64,000 bases of DNA, taken from the NCBI GenBank assembly GCA_029862975.1, contig JAOTWP010000006.1, positions 41 through 64,040 on the forward strand, given 5' to 3'. Made by a program: the position numbers and the translations under genes. Below the pieces are notes generated by a model. It worked only from the letters and a program-made list of their open reading frames with translations, did no database searches and was not told the origin of the DNA. This document shows, piece after piece, positions 1 through 9,261 of this stretch. This stretch comes from Acidobacteriota bacterium (GTDB taxonomy: Bacteria; Acidobacteriota; Thermoanaerobaculia; Multivoradales; JAHEKO01). Positions within the stretch are counted from its first letter, which is position 1, and each line of letters begins with the position of its first letter.

Positions 1-177
1 CTGGGCGACCGCGTGCGGGCCCTCGCGGTGACCGCCGGCGGCGAGAGCGGCGATCCGAGCTCCCCGCACTTCGACGACCAGGTGCAGCGCTACGCGGAGG
101 GCAACCTGCGGCCCGTCTACTTCTACCCCGAGGACATCTCGGCCCACGCCGAACGGGTCTACCGGCCGGGCGGCTGA
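1..177 (+). CDS. Penicillin acylase (Ntn-hydrolase) family protein, C-terminal fragment truncated by window edge
   Basis: Frame 1 reads LGDRVRALAVTAGGESGDPSSPHFDDQVQRYAEGNLRPVYFYPEDI...*; GGESGDPxSPHFxDQ is the typical penicillin acylase beta-subunit C-terminal motif. Confidence 0.8.
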   Translation: MGDRVRALAVTAGGESGDPSSPHFDDQVQRYAEGNLRPVYFYPEDISAHAERVYRPGG

Positions 178-463
178 CGCCCTGGAGCGGATGTCGGGCC
201 GCGCGCCGCCGACGGTTCGAGGATCCGGAACGGGGCAGCGCCCGCTCGCAGGTCCGGAGCCGCTTCTCTGTGACGACCTGTCGCTCGCGGAGTTCCTCGG
301 GGTGATCTCGTAGGGCGGCGCCCTGAAGCGCGGCGCCGGCCGCCGGGAGCATCAGGCGCACGAAGCCGTCGACGATCTCCCAGGTCTCGTGCCGCGGTGG
401 CGGGTCGAGCGCGGTTCAGGATTTGCACCGCATCACGCTCGCGCCACGTGCGTTGCAGCTCTG

Positions 464-1099
464 CTAGCAACCTCGCAGCCACCAGCCGAGTACCACGCCC
501 AGGAGCACCCAGCCGGCGATCGCCAGGCCCCGCCGGGCCGGCGCCGGCACCATCTCCTTCCACAGCCCGCCCGCGAAGCGCGCCGCCAGCCGGGCCTGCG
601 ACGGGGGGGCGGGCGGCGCCGGCCGGGCCTCCTCGCCCTCGGCGGCCGGCGCGGCCGGGGCGGCTTCTACCTGCGCCGCCAGGCCCTCGAGCCCCTGCTG
701 GGCGATGACCTTGGCGGAGCTGTCCATCAGGCGCTGGCCGACGGCCGCCATGCGGCCGCCGACCTGGGCGTCGAGGGCGTAGCGCAGGGTCGTGCCGCCG
801 TCCGCGGCGGCCGTGAGGACGATCTCGCCCTCGCCCTTCATGAAGCCGGACGGGCCCTGGCCGTTGAGGAGCATGTGGTAGCCATCCGGCGGCCTGACGT
901 CGGTGAGCTCGAGGGTGCCCTGGAACTTGCCCTTCACCGGGCCGATGGCCACGTTGAGGACGCCCTTGAACCTGTTGTCGTCCGTGCGCTCCAGCTTCTC
1001 GCAGCCGGGCATCGTGCGGGCCAGGATCGCGGGGTCGAGCAACGCCTCGAAGAGGCGCTCGCGGTCGACGTCGAAGTGGTGCTCGCCTTCGAGCTTCAT
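464..1099 (-). CDS. coxG: CoxG/SRPBCC family accessory protein with C-terminal membrane anchor
   Basis: MKLEGEHHFDVDRERLFEALLDPAILARTMPGCEKL...VGGRMAAVGQRLM; ATG at 1099 overlaps the stop of the large subunit; hydrophobic C-terminus. Confidence 0.9.
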   Translation of the reverse strand: MKLEGEHHFDVDRERLFEALLDPAILARTMPGCEKLERTDDNRFKGVLNVAIGPVKGKFQGTLELTDVRPPDGYHMLLNGQGPSGFMKGEGEIVLTAAADGGTTLRYALDAQVGGRMAAVGQRLMDSSAKVIAQQGLEGLAAQVEAAPAAPAAEGEEARPAPPAPPSQARLAARFAGGLWKEMVPAPARRGLAIAGWVLLGVVLGWWLRGC

Positions 1100-3474
1100 G
1101 AATGCGTGCTCCTTGCGTCGCCCGCGGCGCCCTCCGCGGCCCGCGCCCGGCGGACGATCTCCCACAGGCGGCTCGGGTGGAGCGGGATCTGGAGGATCTC
1201 GAGGCCGGGGACCTGGAGGGCGTCCTCGAGCGCCTGGGCAAAGAGCGCGGCGACGGGGATCGCCCCGGCCTCCCCCGCCCCCTTGGATCCGAGCTCGTTG
1301 AGCGGCGAGGGGGTCTCGAGGTGCCCGACCTTGATTCGCGGCACGTCGAGCGCGGTCGGCACGAGGAAGTCCATGAACGAGGCGTTGAGCAGCTGCCCCG
1401 CGCCGTCGTAGACGAGCTCCTCGTAGAACGCGTTGCCGAGCCCCTGGGCGACGCCGCCGTGGACCTGGCCGTCGACGATCGTCGGGCTCAGGACCGTGCC
1501 GCAGTCGTGGACGACGACGTAGTCGAGCACCTCGACGAGCATCGTCTCCGGGTCGACGTCGAGGATCATCGCGTGGACGCCGCTGGCCGTGGCGCCGCGG
1601 TAGGGGCCGAAGTACTTCGTCGCCTCGAGGCCGGGCTCGGTGCCCGGCTCGACGGCGCCGCGCAGCGGGTTGGCGAGCCGCGCCAGCTCGGCGCGGCCGA
1701 TGGCCCGCGCGGGGTCGGCCGCCACCCGCACCCCGTCGCCCGCCAGCTCGAGCTCCCCGACCTCGGCCTCGAGGTGCCTGGCCGCCAGCGCCAGCATGCG
1801 GCCGCGCACCTCCTTGGCGGCCGCGTGCACCGCGTTGCCGGCCACGACCGCGCCGCGGCTGGCGAAGGTGCCGCTGCCCCAGTGGAACTGGTCCGTGTCG
1901 CCCGTCGTCACCTCGACGTCGGCGACCGCGACCCCGAGCTGATCCGCCGCGATCTGCGCGAGCACCGTGTAGTGCCCCTGGCCCTGAGTGCCGATCCCGG
2001 TGGCGACCGACACCTTGCCCGTCGGCTCGACCTGCACCCGCGCCCCCTCGTAGGGGCCGATCCCCGTGCCCTCGACGTAGGCCACGATCCCGATGCCCGG
2101 GTGCCGCCCCGCGGCCCGCAGGCGGGGCTGGTCCTGCGCCAGGAACTCGTCCCAGCCGATCATCGCGCGGGCCTTCTCGAGGATCGGCTCGTAGTTGCCG
2201 CTGTCGTAGACCAGCGGCGCGGCGTCCTGGTAGATCACCTCGTTCTCGTAGGGGAAGGCGTCCGGGGCGATGAAGTTGCGGCGCCGGATCTCGATCACGT
2301 CGATCCCCAGCTCGCGGGCCGCGGCGTCGAGCAGGCGCTCGATGACGAAGACCCCGTGCTGGCGGCCGGCCCCCCGGTAGGGCGTGACGATCGTCTTGTT
2401 CGTGAAGACGGCCTGGAACTCGCTCTCGTAGGCCGGGATGTCGTACGGCCCGAGCAGGGTGCACTGGCTGTTGAGGGGCACCGTCAGCCCGTAGGGGTCG
2501 TAGGCCCCGGTGTCGTGGAGAAAGGTGTCCTTGACGCCGAGGACGCGGCCGTCCCGCGTCAAAGCGATCTCGGCGTGGTGGATCTGGCCGCGCTCCTGGG
2601 TCGTCGCCACGAAGTTCTCGGCCCGGTCCTCGATCCACTTGAGCGGCTTTCCCAACCGCATGGCGGCCCAGGGGATCAACACCTCCTCCGGGTAGAACAT
2701 CATGATCTTCGGGCCGAAGCCGCCGCCGATGAAGGGCGCGACGACCCGCACCTGCGACTCCGAGAGGCCCAGCATCCCCGCCAGCCCGTTGCGGATGGGG
2801 ATGGGCGCCTGGGTCGTGTCCCACACGGTCAGGCGCTCGCTCAAGCGGTCCCACTCGGCGACGACGCCGCGGTTCTCGATCGCCGCCGAGGCGCCGCGGT
2901 CGTAGTCGAAGCGGCGCGCGAGCACGACGTCGGCCCGCGCCCGGGCGGCGGCGTAGTCGCCCTTGCGCTGCGGCACGTGGGCGGCGACGTTCGACTCGAG
3001 GTCGTCGTGGACGAGGGGCGCGCCCGGCGCCAGCGCCTCCTCGAGGTCGACCACCGCCGGCAGCGGCTCGCAATCGAGGAGGACGAGGTCGGCGGCGTCT
3101 TCGGCCAGGGCGCGGCTGTCGGCCACGATCATCGCCACGGGCTCGCCGAGGTGCCGGATCTTGTCCTTGACGAGCGGCACCTGCGTGCGCTGGTGGAAGG
3201 TCGCGCCCGCGACCGGCGGCGGCGGCACGAGCAGCGGGCCGGGCTGCCAGTAGTCGCCGAGGTCGGCGGCGGTGTAGACGGCGTGGACGCCCGGCGCCTC
3301 GCGCGCCGCGGCGACGTCGACGGCCTTCACCCGCGCGTGCGCGAAGGGGCTGCGCAGGAAGGCGACGTGCAGCATGCCGGGCCGCCGCACGTCGTCCACG
3401 AAGAGCGCCCGCCCGGTCAGGAGGCGCGGATCCTCGTTGCGCCGGACGCGGGCTCCCACGAGCTTGTCGGTCAT
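1096..3474 (-). CDS. Xanthine dehydrogenase family molybdopterin-binding large subunit (CoxL form II-like)
   Basis: Starts MTDKLVGARVRRNEDPRLLTG; motifs GGGFGPK, PYRGAGR, GQGH, GSGTFASR, KGAGEAG; ATGA overlap with upstream gene. Confidence 0.93.
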   Translation of the reverse strand: MTDKLVGARVRRNEDPRLLTGRALFVDDVRRPGMLHVAFLRSPFAHARVKAVDVAAAREAPGVHAVYTAADLGDYWQPGPLLVPPPPVAGATFHQRTQVPLVKDKIRHLGEPVAMIVADSRALAEDAADLVLLDCEPLPAVVDLEEALAPGAPLVHDDLESNVAAHVPQRKGDYAAARARADVVLARRFDYDRGASAAIENRGVVAEWDRLSERLTVWDTTQAPIPIRNGLAGMLGLSESQVRVVAPFIGGGFGPKIMMFYPEEVLIPWAAMRLGKPLKWIEDRAENFVATTQERGQIHHAEIALTRDGRVLGVKDTFLHDTGAYDPYGLTVPLNSQCTLLGPYDIPAYESEFQAVFTNKTIVTPYRGAGRQHGVFVIERLLDAAARELGIDVIEIRRRNFIAPDAFPYENEVIYQDAAPLVYDSGNYEPILEKARAMIGWDEFLAQDQPRLRAAGRHPGIGIVAYVEGTGIGPYEGARVQVEPTGKVSVATGIGTQGQGHYTVLAQIAADQLGVAVADVEVTTGDTDQFHWGSGTFASRGAVVAGNAVHAAAKEVRGRMLALAARHLEAEVGELELAGDGVRVAADPARAIGRAELARLANPLRGAVEPGTEPGLEATKYFGPYRGATASGVHAMILDVDPETMLVEVLDYVVVHDCGTVLSPTIVDGQVHGGVAQGLGNAFYEELVYDGAGQLLNASFMDFLVPTALDVPRIKVGHLETPSPLNELGSKGAGEAGAIPVAALFAQALEDALQVPGLEILQIPLHPSRLWEIVRRARAAEGAAGDARSTHS

Positions 3475-4721
3475 GCCTCTTTCTCCAGGTACCGGTCGGC
3501 GAAGGCGACGAGGGCCTCCTCGAAGATCGCCATCGGCGGGCGCACGAGCCCGGCGCCGACCTGCCCGACCCCCGCCTTGCGGTGCGCGATGCCGGTGTTG
3601 ACCCGCGGCGTCATCCCGAGCTCGACGACCTTGCGAATGTCGATGCCGAGCGGCGAGCCGCGGAAGCCGAGGGCGGGGATGGTGAGCTGCCGGTGCTCGG
3701 CGACGGTGATCTCGTACATCTCGAGCGTCGCGGCGAGCGCGTCCTCCGGCGCCCCGCCCACGAAGTTGACGATGGCCGGGGCGGCGGCCATCGCGAAGGC
3801 GCCGATGCCGGCAGTCTCGGTGATCGTGCTGTCGCCGATGTCCGGATTGGCGTCGGCGCTCGTGAAGCCTGGGAAGTAGAGCCCGTCCGGCACCTCCGCG
3901 GGAGCGGTGAACCAGCGCTCGCCCAGGCCGCTGACCCGGATGCCGAAGTCGGTGCCGTTGCGGGCCATGGTGGTCACCACCGTGCTGCCCTCGACGCCGG
4001 AGCCGGCCTCGGCCATCAGCTTGCAGGCGGCCATCACCGGGTTCAGCACCGACAGCGCGTTGTCGCCCAGGAACGCGAGCACGTTGGCGGCCGCGGCCGC
4101 GTCGGTCGCCGTCTTCTGGACGGCGGGCGCCAGCTGGCGCAGGTAGAGCAGGGAGCCGGCCTTGTTGCGGTTGTGCCCCTCGTCGCCCATGTGCAACGCC
4201 TCGGCGATGAGCGCCCGCAGGTCGATGCCGCCGGACTCGGCGAGCGCGATCTCGAGCATCGGGGCCATCACCTCGTTCATCCAGCGCAGCTTGTCCAGCA
4301 CCTCGGGCGCGAAGGCGCCGTAGCGCAGGACCTTGCCGTAGCCCTCGTTCAAGGTCGAGAAGGCGCGGCGCTCGTGGACGGCGTCCTCCACGACGTAGAC
4401 CTGCATCGAGGCCGACGTCACGCCGGCCATGGGTCCCACCGCCCCGTGGTGGTGGCAGGGCGAAAAGGCGATCTCGCCGCACTCGACGAGATGGATCGCG
4501 TCCTCCCGCGACTCGGCGAGGCCCTCGAAGAGCAGCGCTCCGATGACGGCGCCGCGCAGCGGCCCGGACATGCGCCCCCAGGCGATCGGCGGGCCGGCGT
4601 GGAGGATGCGCTTGGCGTCGAGCCCCGGCACGACGTCGCCGGCGCGCGCCACCGTCTTGAGCACCGGGTGCGCCGCCATCATCCGCTCGACCGCCGTCTG
4701 ATTCGCCTGCTCCACGTTCAT
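3471..4721 (-). CDS. ylbE: DUF1116 / YlbE (AllG-like) protein
   Basis: ILHAGPPI, PCHHHGAVGPMAG, NEGYGKVLRYGA, MGDEGHNRN, ARNGTDFGI, DIGDSTITET, NTGIAH motifs; directly downstream of fdrA. Confidence 0.9.
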   Translation of the reverse strand: MNVEQANQTAVERMMAAHPVLKTVARAGDVVPGLDAKRILHAGPPIAWGRMSGPLRGAVIGALLFEGLAESREDAIHLVECGEIAFSPCHHHGAVGPMAGVTSASMQVYVVEDAVHERRAFSTLNEGYGKVLRYGAFAPEVLDKLRWMNEVMAPMLEIALAESGGIDLRALIAEALHMGDEGHNRNKAGSLLYLRQLAPAVQKTATDAAAAANVLAFLGDNALSVLNPVMAACKLMAEAGSGVEGSTVVTTMARNGTDFGIRVSGLGERWFTAPAEVPDGLYFPGFTSADANPDIGDSTITETAGIGAFAMAAAPAIVNFVGGAPEDALAATLEMYEITVAEHRQLTIPALGFRGSPLGIDIRKVVELGMTPRVNTGIAHRKAGVGQVGAGLVRPPMAIFEEALVAFADRYLEKEA

Positions 4722-6439
4722 CCGCCGCCCTCCACCGCCGCCGCCCGCGCCGCGCCGTCGAGCCGGGCGAGAATCGCGGCCAGCCTCTCGTTGCCCCCCG
4801 CGGGCGGCCGCCAGTCGACGTGCACCGACTCTACTCCCTGGTCGACCAGGCTCTTGTGGAAGAGCTCGAGGCCGACGTTGACCGCCACGAGCGGCGCCTC
4901 GAGGGCGGCGGCGGCGGGATCGGCGGCGGCGGCGGCGGGATCGGCGGCGGCGCCGACGCGCTCGAGGATCCGGTCGACCGCCGCGCCGAGCTCGGTGTAG
5001 ACCCGGGCGCCGGCGGCTTCGAGCCGCGCCTTCTGCTCCGCGAGGTCCTGCGGATCCTCGTCGGTCCCCACGAGGGCAACCGCGATCTCGAGGTCGCGGG
5101 CGGCGCCCGCCAGGGCCCGCTCCACGGCCGGCGCCAGGACGGCGGCGGGGTCGGGGTGGGCGCCGTCGCCCAGCACGACGTCGAGCAGGATCGAGCCGAC
5201 CCCGGGATCGCGCGCCGCGCGGGCGAGATGCTCGACGACGAGCTCGGGGTCGAGCATCGGGTGCGGCCGGCCGACGGTGAGCTCGTCGGCGCCGAGGTCG
5301 AGCACCGCGTGCGCTCCCGTGCTCTGCGCCGCGGCGAGCTTCTGCGCCCGATGGCCCGCCAGGTTGGAGGCCATCGCCGGCACCACGGCCTCGAGGCGCG
5401 AGAGCGCCTCGCTGGCGAGCGTGCCGCCCGAGAAGAGACCGCGCAGCAGGCCCCGGGCCGGCGGCCGGCGTGGCGCCGCACCCGCCGCTTCCGGCGCGGC
5501 CGCCAGGCCGGCGGCCAGGCGGGCGGCGTCCTCGAGGTCGGCGGCGAAGTGCAGGTTCGCCACCCGCCGGCCGGGCGGCGCCCAGCCCTGGAACTGCACG
5601 ACGACGGGCTTGCCGAGCGCGTGCGTCCGCGCCAGGAGATCCGCGGCCACCCTCGGGTGCGGCGGCTTCGAGACGACGACGACGACCCGGGTGCCGGCGT
5701 CGACGCCCAGCAGTCCGAGCGCGCGGAGGGCCGTCGCCCCGCCGACCTCGGCCGAGAGGTCGCGGCCGCCCGTCCCGATCGCCTGCGAGATGCCGGAGCC
5801 GAGCGCGTGCAGGCGCGAGGCGATCGCCTGCAGCCCGGTGCCCGACGCCCCGACGAGGCCGACCGGACCGCTCCGCACCCGGTTGGCGAACCCCAGCCCG
5901 GCGCCCGCGACGATCGAGGTGCCGCAGTCCGGCCCGAGCACGAGCAGGCCGCGCGCGGCCGCCGTCCGCTTGAGCTCCACCTCGTCCTCGAGGGAGACGT
6001 TGTCGCTGTAGAGGAAGACGTTGCGGCCGGCCCCCAGGACCTGGCGCGCCACCTCGGCGGCGTAGCGCCCGGGCACGGAGACGAGGACCCAGCGGGCGGC
6101 GGGCAGCCGCGCCAGCCCGGCGCGCAAGCTGCGCGGGCGGTACGCGGCGCCGGCGCCGGTCGGGCGCGCGGCGACCAGCGCCTCGAAGCGCGCGAGAGCC
6201 GTCTCCGCGATCCGGGTGTTCGACGCGCTCACCGCGATCAGCAGGTCGTCGCCGCGGGCCCCCGCCAGCGGGCTCGCCAGCAGGCCGCCCGCGACGAGCA
6301 GCTCCTGGTTGGCGGGGGTCGCCATCACCACGCCCGCCTCGTGCACGCCGTCGATCGCCGCCAGCCCGCGCTGCAGCTGCATGAGCACGACCGAGTCGAA
6401 GTAGCGGCCGCGCTCGAGGCGGTGGCGCAGGACGCTCAC
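4718..6439 (-). CDS. fdrA: FdrA (AllF-like) acyl-CoA synthetase / SucD-like protein
   Basis: GTG at 6439 overlaps amidase stop; YFDSVVLM, GPDCGT, GASGTG, GTGGRDL, GRPHPMLDP, C-terminal VNVGL...VDWRPPAGG. Confidence 0.9.
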   Translation of the reverse strand: MSVLRHRLERGRYFDSVVLMQLQRGLAAIDGVHEAGVVMATPANQELLVAGGLLASPLAGARGDDLLIAVSASNTRIAETALARFEALVAARPTGAGAAYRPRSLRAGLARLPAARWVLVSVPGRYAAEVARQVLGAGRNVFLYSDNVSLEDEVELKRTAAARGLLVLGPDCGTSIVAGAGLGFANRVRSGPVGLVGASGTGLQAIASRLHALGSGISQAIGTGGRDLSAEVGGATALRALGLLGVDAGTRVVVVVSKPPHPRVAADLLARTHALGKPVVVQFQGWAPPGRRVANLHFAADLEDAARLAAGLAAAPEAAGAAPRRPPARGLLRGLFSGGTLASEALSRLEAVVPAMASNLAGHRAQKLAAAQSTGAHAVLDLGADELTVGRPHPMLDPELVVEHLARAARDPGVGSILLDVVLGDGAHPDPAAVLAPAVERALAGAARDLEIAVALVGTDEDPQDLAEQKARLEAAGARVYTELGAAVDRILERVGAAADPAAAAADPAAAALEAPLVAVNVGLELFHKSLVDQGVESVHVDWRPPAGGNERLAAILARLDGAARAAAVEGGG

Positions 6440-7731
6440 GCCGCCAGCACCCTCTCCAGGGTCCGCGCCCAGGCCAGGACCTCCTCGTCGGCGCCCCAGC
6501 GCCCGGCCAGCTGCAGGCCGAGCGGCAGCTCGCCCGGGCCGCACGGCAGGGGCAGGCTCGCGGCGGGCAGCCCGGCGTAGGTCCACGGGAGGTTCATCAC
6601 CGGATCGCCGGTGGAGTCGAGCCCGAGCGGCGCCTCCCCGGGCGCGGCCGGCGAGAGCCAGAGGTCCACGCCGTGGGCGTCCATGGCCGCCGTCAGCTCC
6701 TGCCGCAGCCGCTCGCGGCCGGCCCGGGCGGCGGCGAGATCGGGCGCCGAGACGGCGCGCCCGGTCGCGATCAGCTGGCGGGTCGTCGCGTGATAGGTGT
6801 CGCCCCAGGCGGCGTACCAGCGCTCGTGGACGGCCGCCGCCTCGGCCGCCACGAGCAGCCGATGGCGCGCTTCGATGGCGTCGAAGTCCGCCATCACCGG
6901 GACGCCGAGCACCGCGATGCCGCGGCCGACGAGGTGCTCGCAGGCGCGGCGCAAGCGCTCGCGGGCGGGGCGCTCGGCGCGGCCGAGGTAGGGGCTCTCG
7001 GGTACCGCGAGGCGCGGCGCGGCGGCCGGCGAGACGGTCTTCCAGCCGGCGCAGAACGCGGCCGCCGCGAGCTCGGCGCTCGCCGCGTCGGCCGTGAAGC
7101 AGCCCACGTGGTCCACGGACGGCGCCAGCGGGACGACGCCGCGGCGCGAGCTGCGTCCGTAGGTCGGCTTGAAGCCGAAGACGCCGCAGTACGACGCCGG
7201 GCGGCAGATCGAGCCGATCGTCTGGGTGCCCAGGGCGAGCGGCGCGAGCCCCGCGGCCACCGCCGCCGCCGAGCCGCTCGACGAGCCGCCGGGGGTGCGC
7301 TCGCGGTCGCGGGGATTGCGGGTGGCGCCGGGGGCGAAGTAGGCGAACTCGGTGGTGACCGTCTTGCCCAGCACCAGCGCGCCGGCCTGCCTGAGCGCCG
7401 TCACGACGGCCGCCTCGGGGCCGGCGAGCTCGGCCGGCGGCACGGCGCTGCCCGCGGTCGTCGCGAAGCCGTCGACGTGGAAGATGTCCTTCACGCCGAC
7501 GGGCACGCCGAAGAGAGGCGGCCGCGCGGCCGGCTCCGGGAAGCGGGCGACGAGCGCCGCGGCCTCGCGCTCGAGGCGGCGGAAGCGGTCGGGCTCCGGG
7601 TAGAACGCCGCGAGCGCGGGCTCGGTGGCCGCGAAGCGTTCTTCGAGCCGGGCGAGGAGCTCGCCCGGTGCCAGCGCCCCGCCGCGCAGCGCCTCGGCGA
7701 GCTCGGTCAGCGATCGCGGCGCGGGCTCGAT
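6436..7731 (-). CDS. Amidase-signature family enzyme; start apparently non-canonical (ATC at 7731)
   Basis: GVPVGVKD, GKTVTTEFA, TPGGSSSGSAAAV, GTQTIGSICRPASYCG; frame stays open and amidase-like (SLTELAEALRGG...) upstream of the 7506 call, up to the coxS TAG. Confidence 0.88.
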   Translation of the reverse strand: MEPAPRSLTELAEALRGGALAPGELLARLEERFAATEPALAAFYPEPDRFRRLEREAAALVARFPEPAARPPLFGVPVGVKDIFHVDGFATTAGSAVPPAELAGPEAAVVTALRQAGALVLGKTVTTEFAYFAPGATRNPRDRERTPGGSSSGSAAAVAAGLAPLALGTQTIGSICRPASYCGVFGFKPTYGRSSRRGVVPLAPSVDHVGCFTADAASAELAAAAFCAGWKTVSPAAAPRLAVPESPYLGRAERPARERLRRACEHLVGRGIAVLGVPVMADFDAIEARHRLLVAAEAAAVHERWYAAWGDTYHATTRQLIATGRAVSAPDLAAARAGRERLRQELTAAMDAHGVDLWLSPAAPGEAPLGLDSTGDPVMNLPWTYAGLPAASLPLPCGPGELPLGLQLAGRWGADEEVLAWARTLERVLAA

Positions 7732-7734
7732 CGC

Positions 7735-8220
7735 CTAGCCCTCGCGCGACAGCTTCGCCGCGGCCAGCCGCACGGCGTCGACGATGTGCTGATACCCCGT
7801 GCAGCGGCACAGGTTGCCGGAGATCGCCGCCCGGATCTCGTGCTCGGAGGGATCGGGATGGCGCTCCAGGAACGGCACGAGGGTCATGAGGAAGCCCGGC
7901 GTGCAGAAGCCGCACTGCAGGCCGTGCGCCTCCCAGAAGGCCTCCTGCAGGGGATGGAGCGCGCCGTCCTCGGCGGCCAATCCCTCGACCGTCTCGATCT
8001 CGTGGCCGTCGGCCTGCACCGCGAGCAGCAGGCAGGAGCGCACGGCCTCGCCGTCGAGCAGGATGGTGCAGGCGCCGCAGACCCCGTGCTCGCAGCCCAC
8101 GTGCGTCCCCGTCAGCTCGAGGTCGTGGCGCAGGAAGTCGGAGAGCAGCGTGCGAGCCTCGGTCGCCGCCCGGCGCTCGCTGCCGTTGACCTTGACCCGC
8201 ACCTCGTGCAGGACGCTCAT
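7735..8220 (-). CDS. (2Fe-2S)-binding small subunit (CoxS-like)
   Basis: GCEHGVCGAC, QCGFCTPG, GNLCRCTGY; ATGA overlap with the FAD subunit gene. Confidence 0.93.
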   Translation of the reverse strand: MSVLHEVRVKVNGSERRAATEARTLLSDFLRHDLELTGTHVGCEHGVCGACTILLDGEAVRSCLLLAVQADGHEIETVEGLAAEDGALHPLQEAFWEAHGLQCGFCTPGFLMTLVPFLERHPDPSEHEIRAAISGNLCRCTGYQHIVDAVRLAAAKLSREG

Positions 8221-9104
8221 CGGGATCCCTCCGCCGCCGCCCGCTCGACCGCCTTCGCCAGCGCCCGCCGCGTCAGCACGCGCACGAGGTGGCGGGTGAA
8301 CTCGGGGGTGGCATGAATGGTCCCGGCGGGCTCGATCTCGTGCGCGGCGACGTGCTCGGCCACCGCCGCGAAGAGCGCCGCGGAGGGGCGCTCGCCGGCC
8401 AGCATGGCCGCCGCCGCCGCCGCGTCCACCGGCTTGTCGCCCACGCTCAGGTAGACGAGCCGGCCGCTCGCGATGGCGCCGCCCGCGGCGAGCCGCACCG
8501 AGGCCGCCACCCCGGCCAGGGCGTAATCGCCGTGCCGGCGGGCGATCTCCTGGAACGAGGTCCCCCTCCCCGCGCCGACCGCCGGCAGCTCGACCTCGAC
8601 GAGGATCTCGTCGGGCTCGAGCGCCGTCTCGAAGAGGCCGCGGAAGAACTCCCCGGCCGCCACCCAGCGCTCGCCGCCGCGCTTGGCCAGCTTGAAGCGC
8701 GCCCCGTCCGCCAGGCAGACGGCGGGCGCCTCGGCCGCCGGATCGGCGTGCGCAAGCGTCCCCCCGAAGGTGCTGCGGTTGCGGATCTGGGGATGCGCCA
8801 CCCACGGGATCGCCTCGGCCAGGAGCGGCGAGTAGTCGGGGAGCTCGGCGTAGCGCTCGAGCCGGCTCATCCGCGTGAGCGCTCCGACCCGCAGGGTCCC
8901 GTCCTCGCCCGGGCGCACGAAGTCGAGCTCGGCGACGCCGTTCAGGTCGATCAGCATCGCCGGCTGCGCCAGCCGGAAGTTCATCACCGGGATGAGGCTC
9001 TGGCCGCCGGCCAGGAGCTTGGCGTCGTCGCCGTGCTCGCCCGCCAGCTCGAGGGCCGCCGCGAGCGAGTCCGGAGCTCGGTATTCGAACGGTGCCGGCT
9101 TCAA
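8217..9104 (-). CDS. FAD-binding medium subunit (CoxM-like)
   Basis: MKPAPFEY, LAGGQSLIP, AHPQIRNRSTFGG, ADPAAE; TTG start. Confidence 0.93.
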   Translation of the reverse strand: MKPAPFEYRAPDSLAAALELAGEHGDDAKLLAGGQSLIPVMNFRLAQPAMLIDLNGVAELDFVRPGEDGTLRVGALTRMSRLERYAELPDYSPLLAEAIPWVAHPQIRNRSTFGGTLAHADPAAEAPAVCLADGARFKLAKRGGERWVAAGEFFRGLFETALEPDEILVEVELPAVGAGRGTSFQEIARRHGDYALAGVAASVRLAAGGAIASGRLVYLSVGDKPVDAAAAAAMLAGERPSAALFAAVAEHVAAHEIEPAGTIHATPEFTRHLVRVLTRRALAKAVERAAAEGSR

Positions 9105-9117
9105 GGCGGAAATACTA
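9105..9117 (-). promoter_or_regulatory. Probable -10 element (TAGTAT) 7 nt upstream of the coxM TTG; leaderless-type promoter
   Basis: Minus strand reads TAGTAGTATTTCCGCC-TTG; no Shine-Dalgarno. Confidence 0.45.
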
Positions 9118-9236
9118 CTACGGCTCTCCCGGGCTCGTCAGCGGCGCGGCCGGCGCCCACCGCGGCGGCCGGCGCGTCCATTCCGAGCCCGACCGGAGCC
9201 GCCGTCGCCAGCCTCGCTCTCGGCTGAATCCATAAG

Positions 9237-9255
9237 GCACACATTGTGCTAGAAT
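9237..9255 (+). promoter_or_regulatory. brnTA promoter/operator: palindrome GCACA-cat-TGTGC abutting extended -10 TGcTAGAAT
   Basis: Inverted repeat 9237-9249; TAGAAT at 9250-9255, 6 nt before the GTG start. Confidence 0.55.
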
Positions 9256-9261
9256 CGGTCC

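Noticed and set aside
178-463. Possible gene remnants in the first intergenic gap
   Set aside because: Short protein-like stretches on both strands but no motif I can assign; would need BLASTx.
1096-3474. Aerobic CO dehydrogenase (form I coxL)
   Set aside because: Active-site loop is PYRGAGR, not AYxCSFR, and no coxDEF is present; coxG alone is not diagnostic.
4904-4951. GGC-rich 21-bp repeat in fdrA and 12-bp repeats in the dcp N-terminus (about 33024-33055)
   Set aside because: In-frame low-complexity linker expansions (AAADP, PMQT); unremarkable.
7735-7737. Pyrrolysine recoding of the coxS TAG
   Set aside because: No pyl genes in the window, TAG is used as an ordinary stop in many genes here, and CoxS is full length at this point.
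9236-9249. GG-N10-GC sigma54-like promoter before brnT
   Set aside because: Poor match at the TGG and TTGC flanks; better explained as an operator palindrome plus an extended -10.
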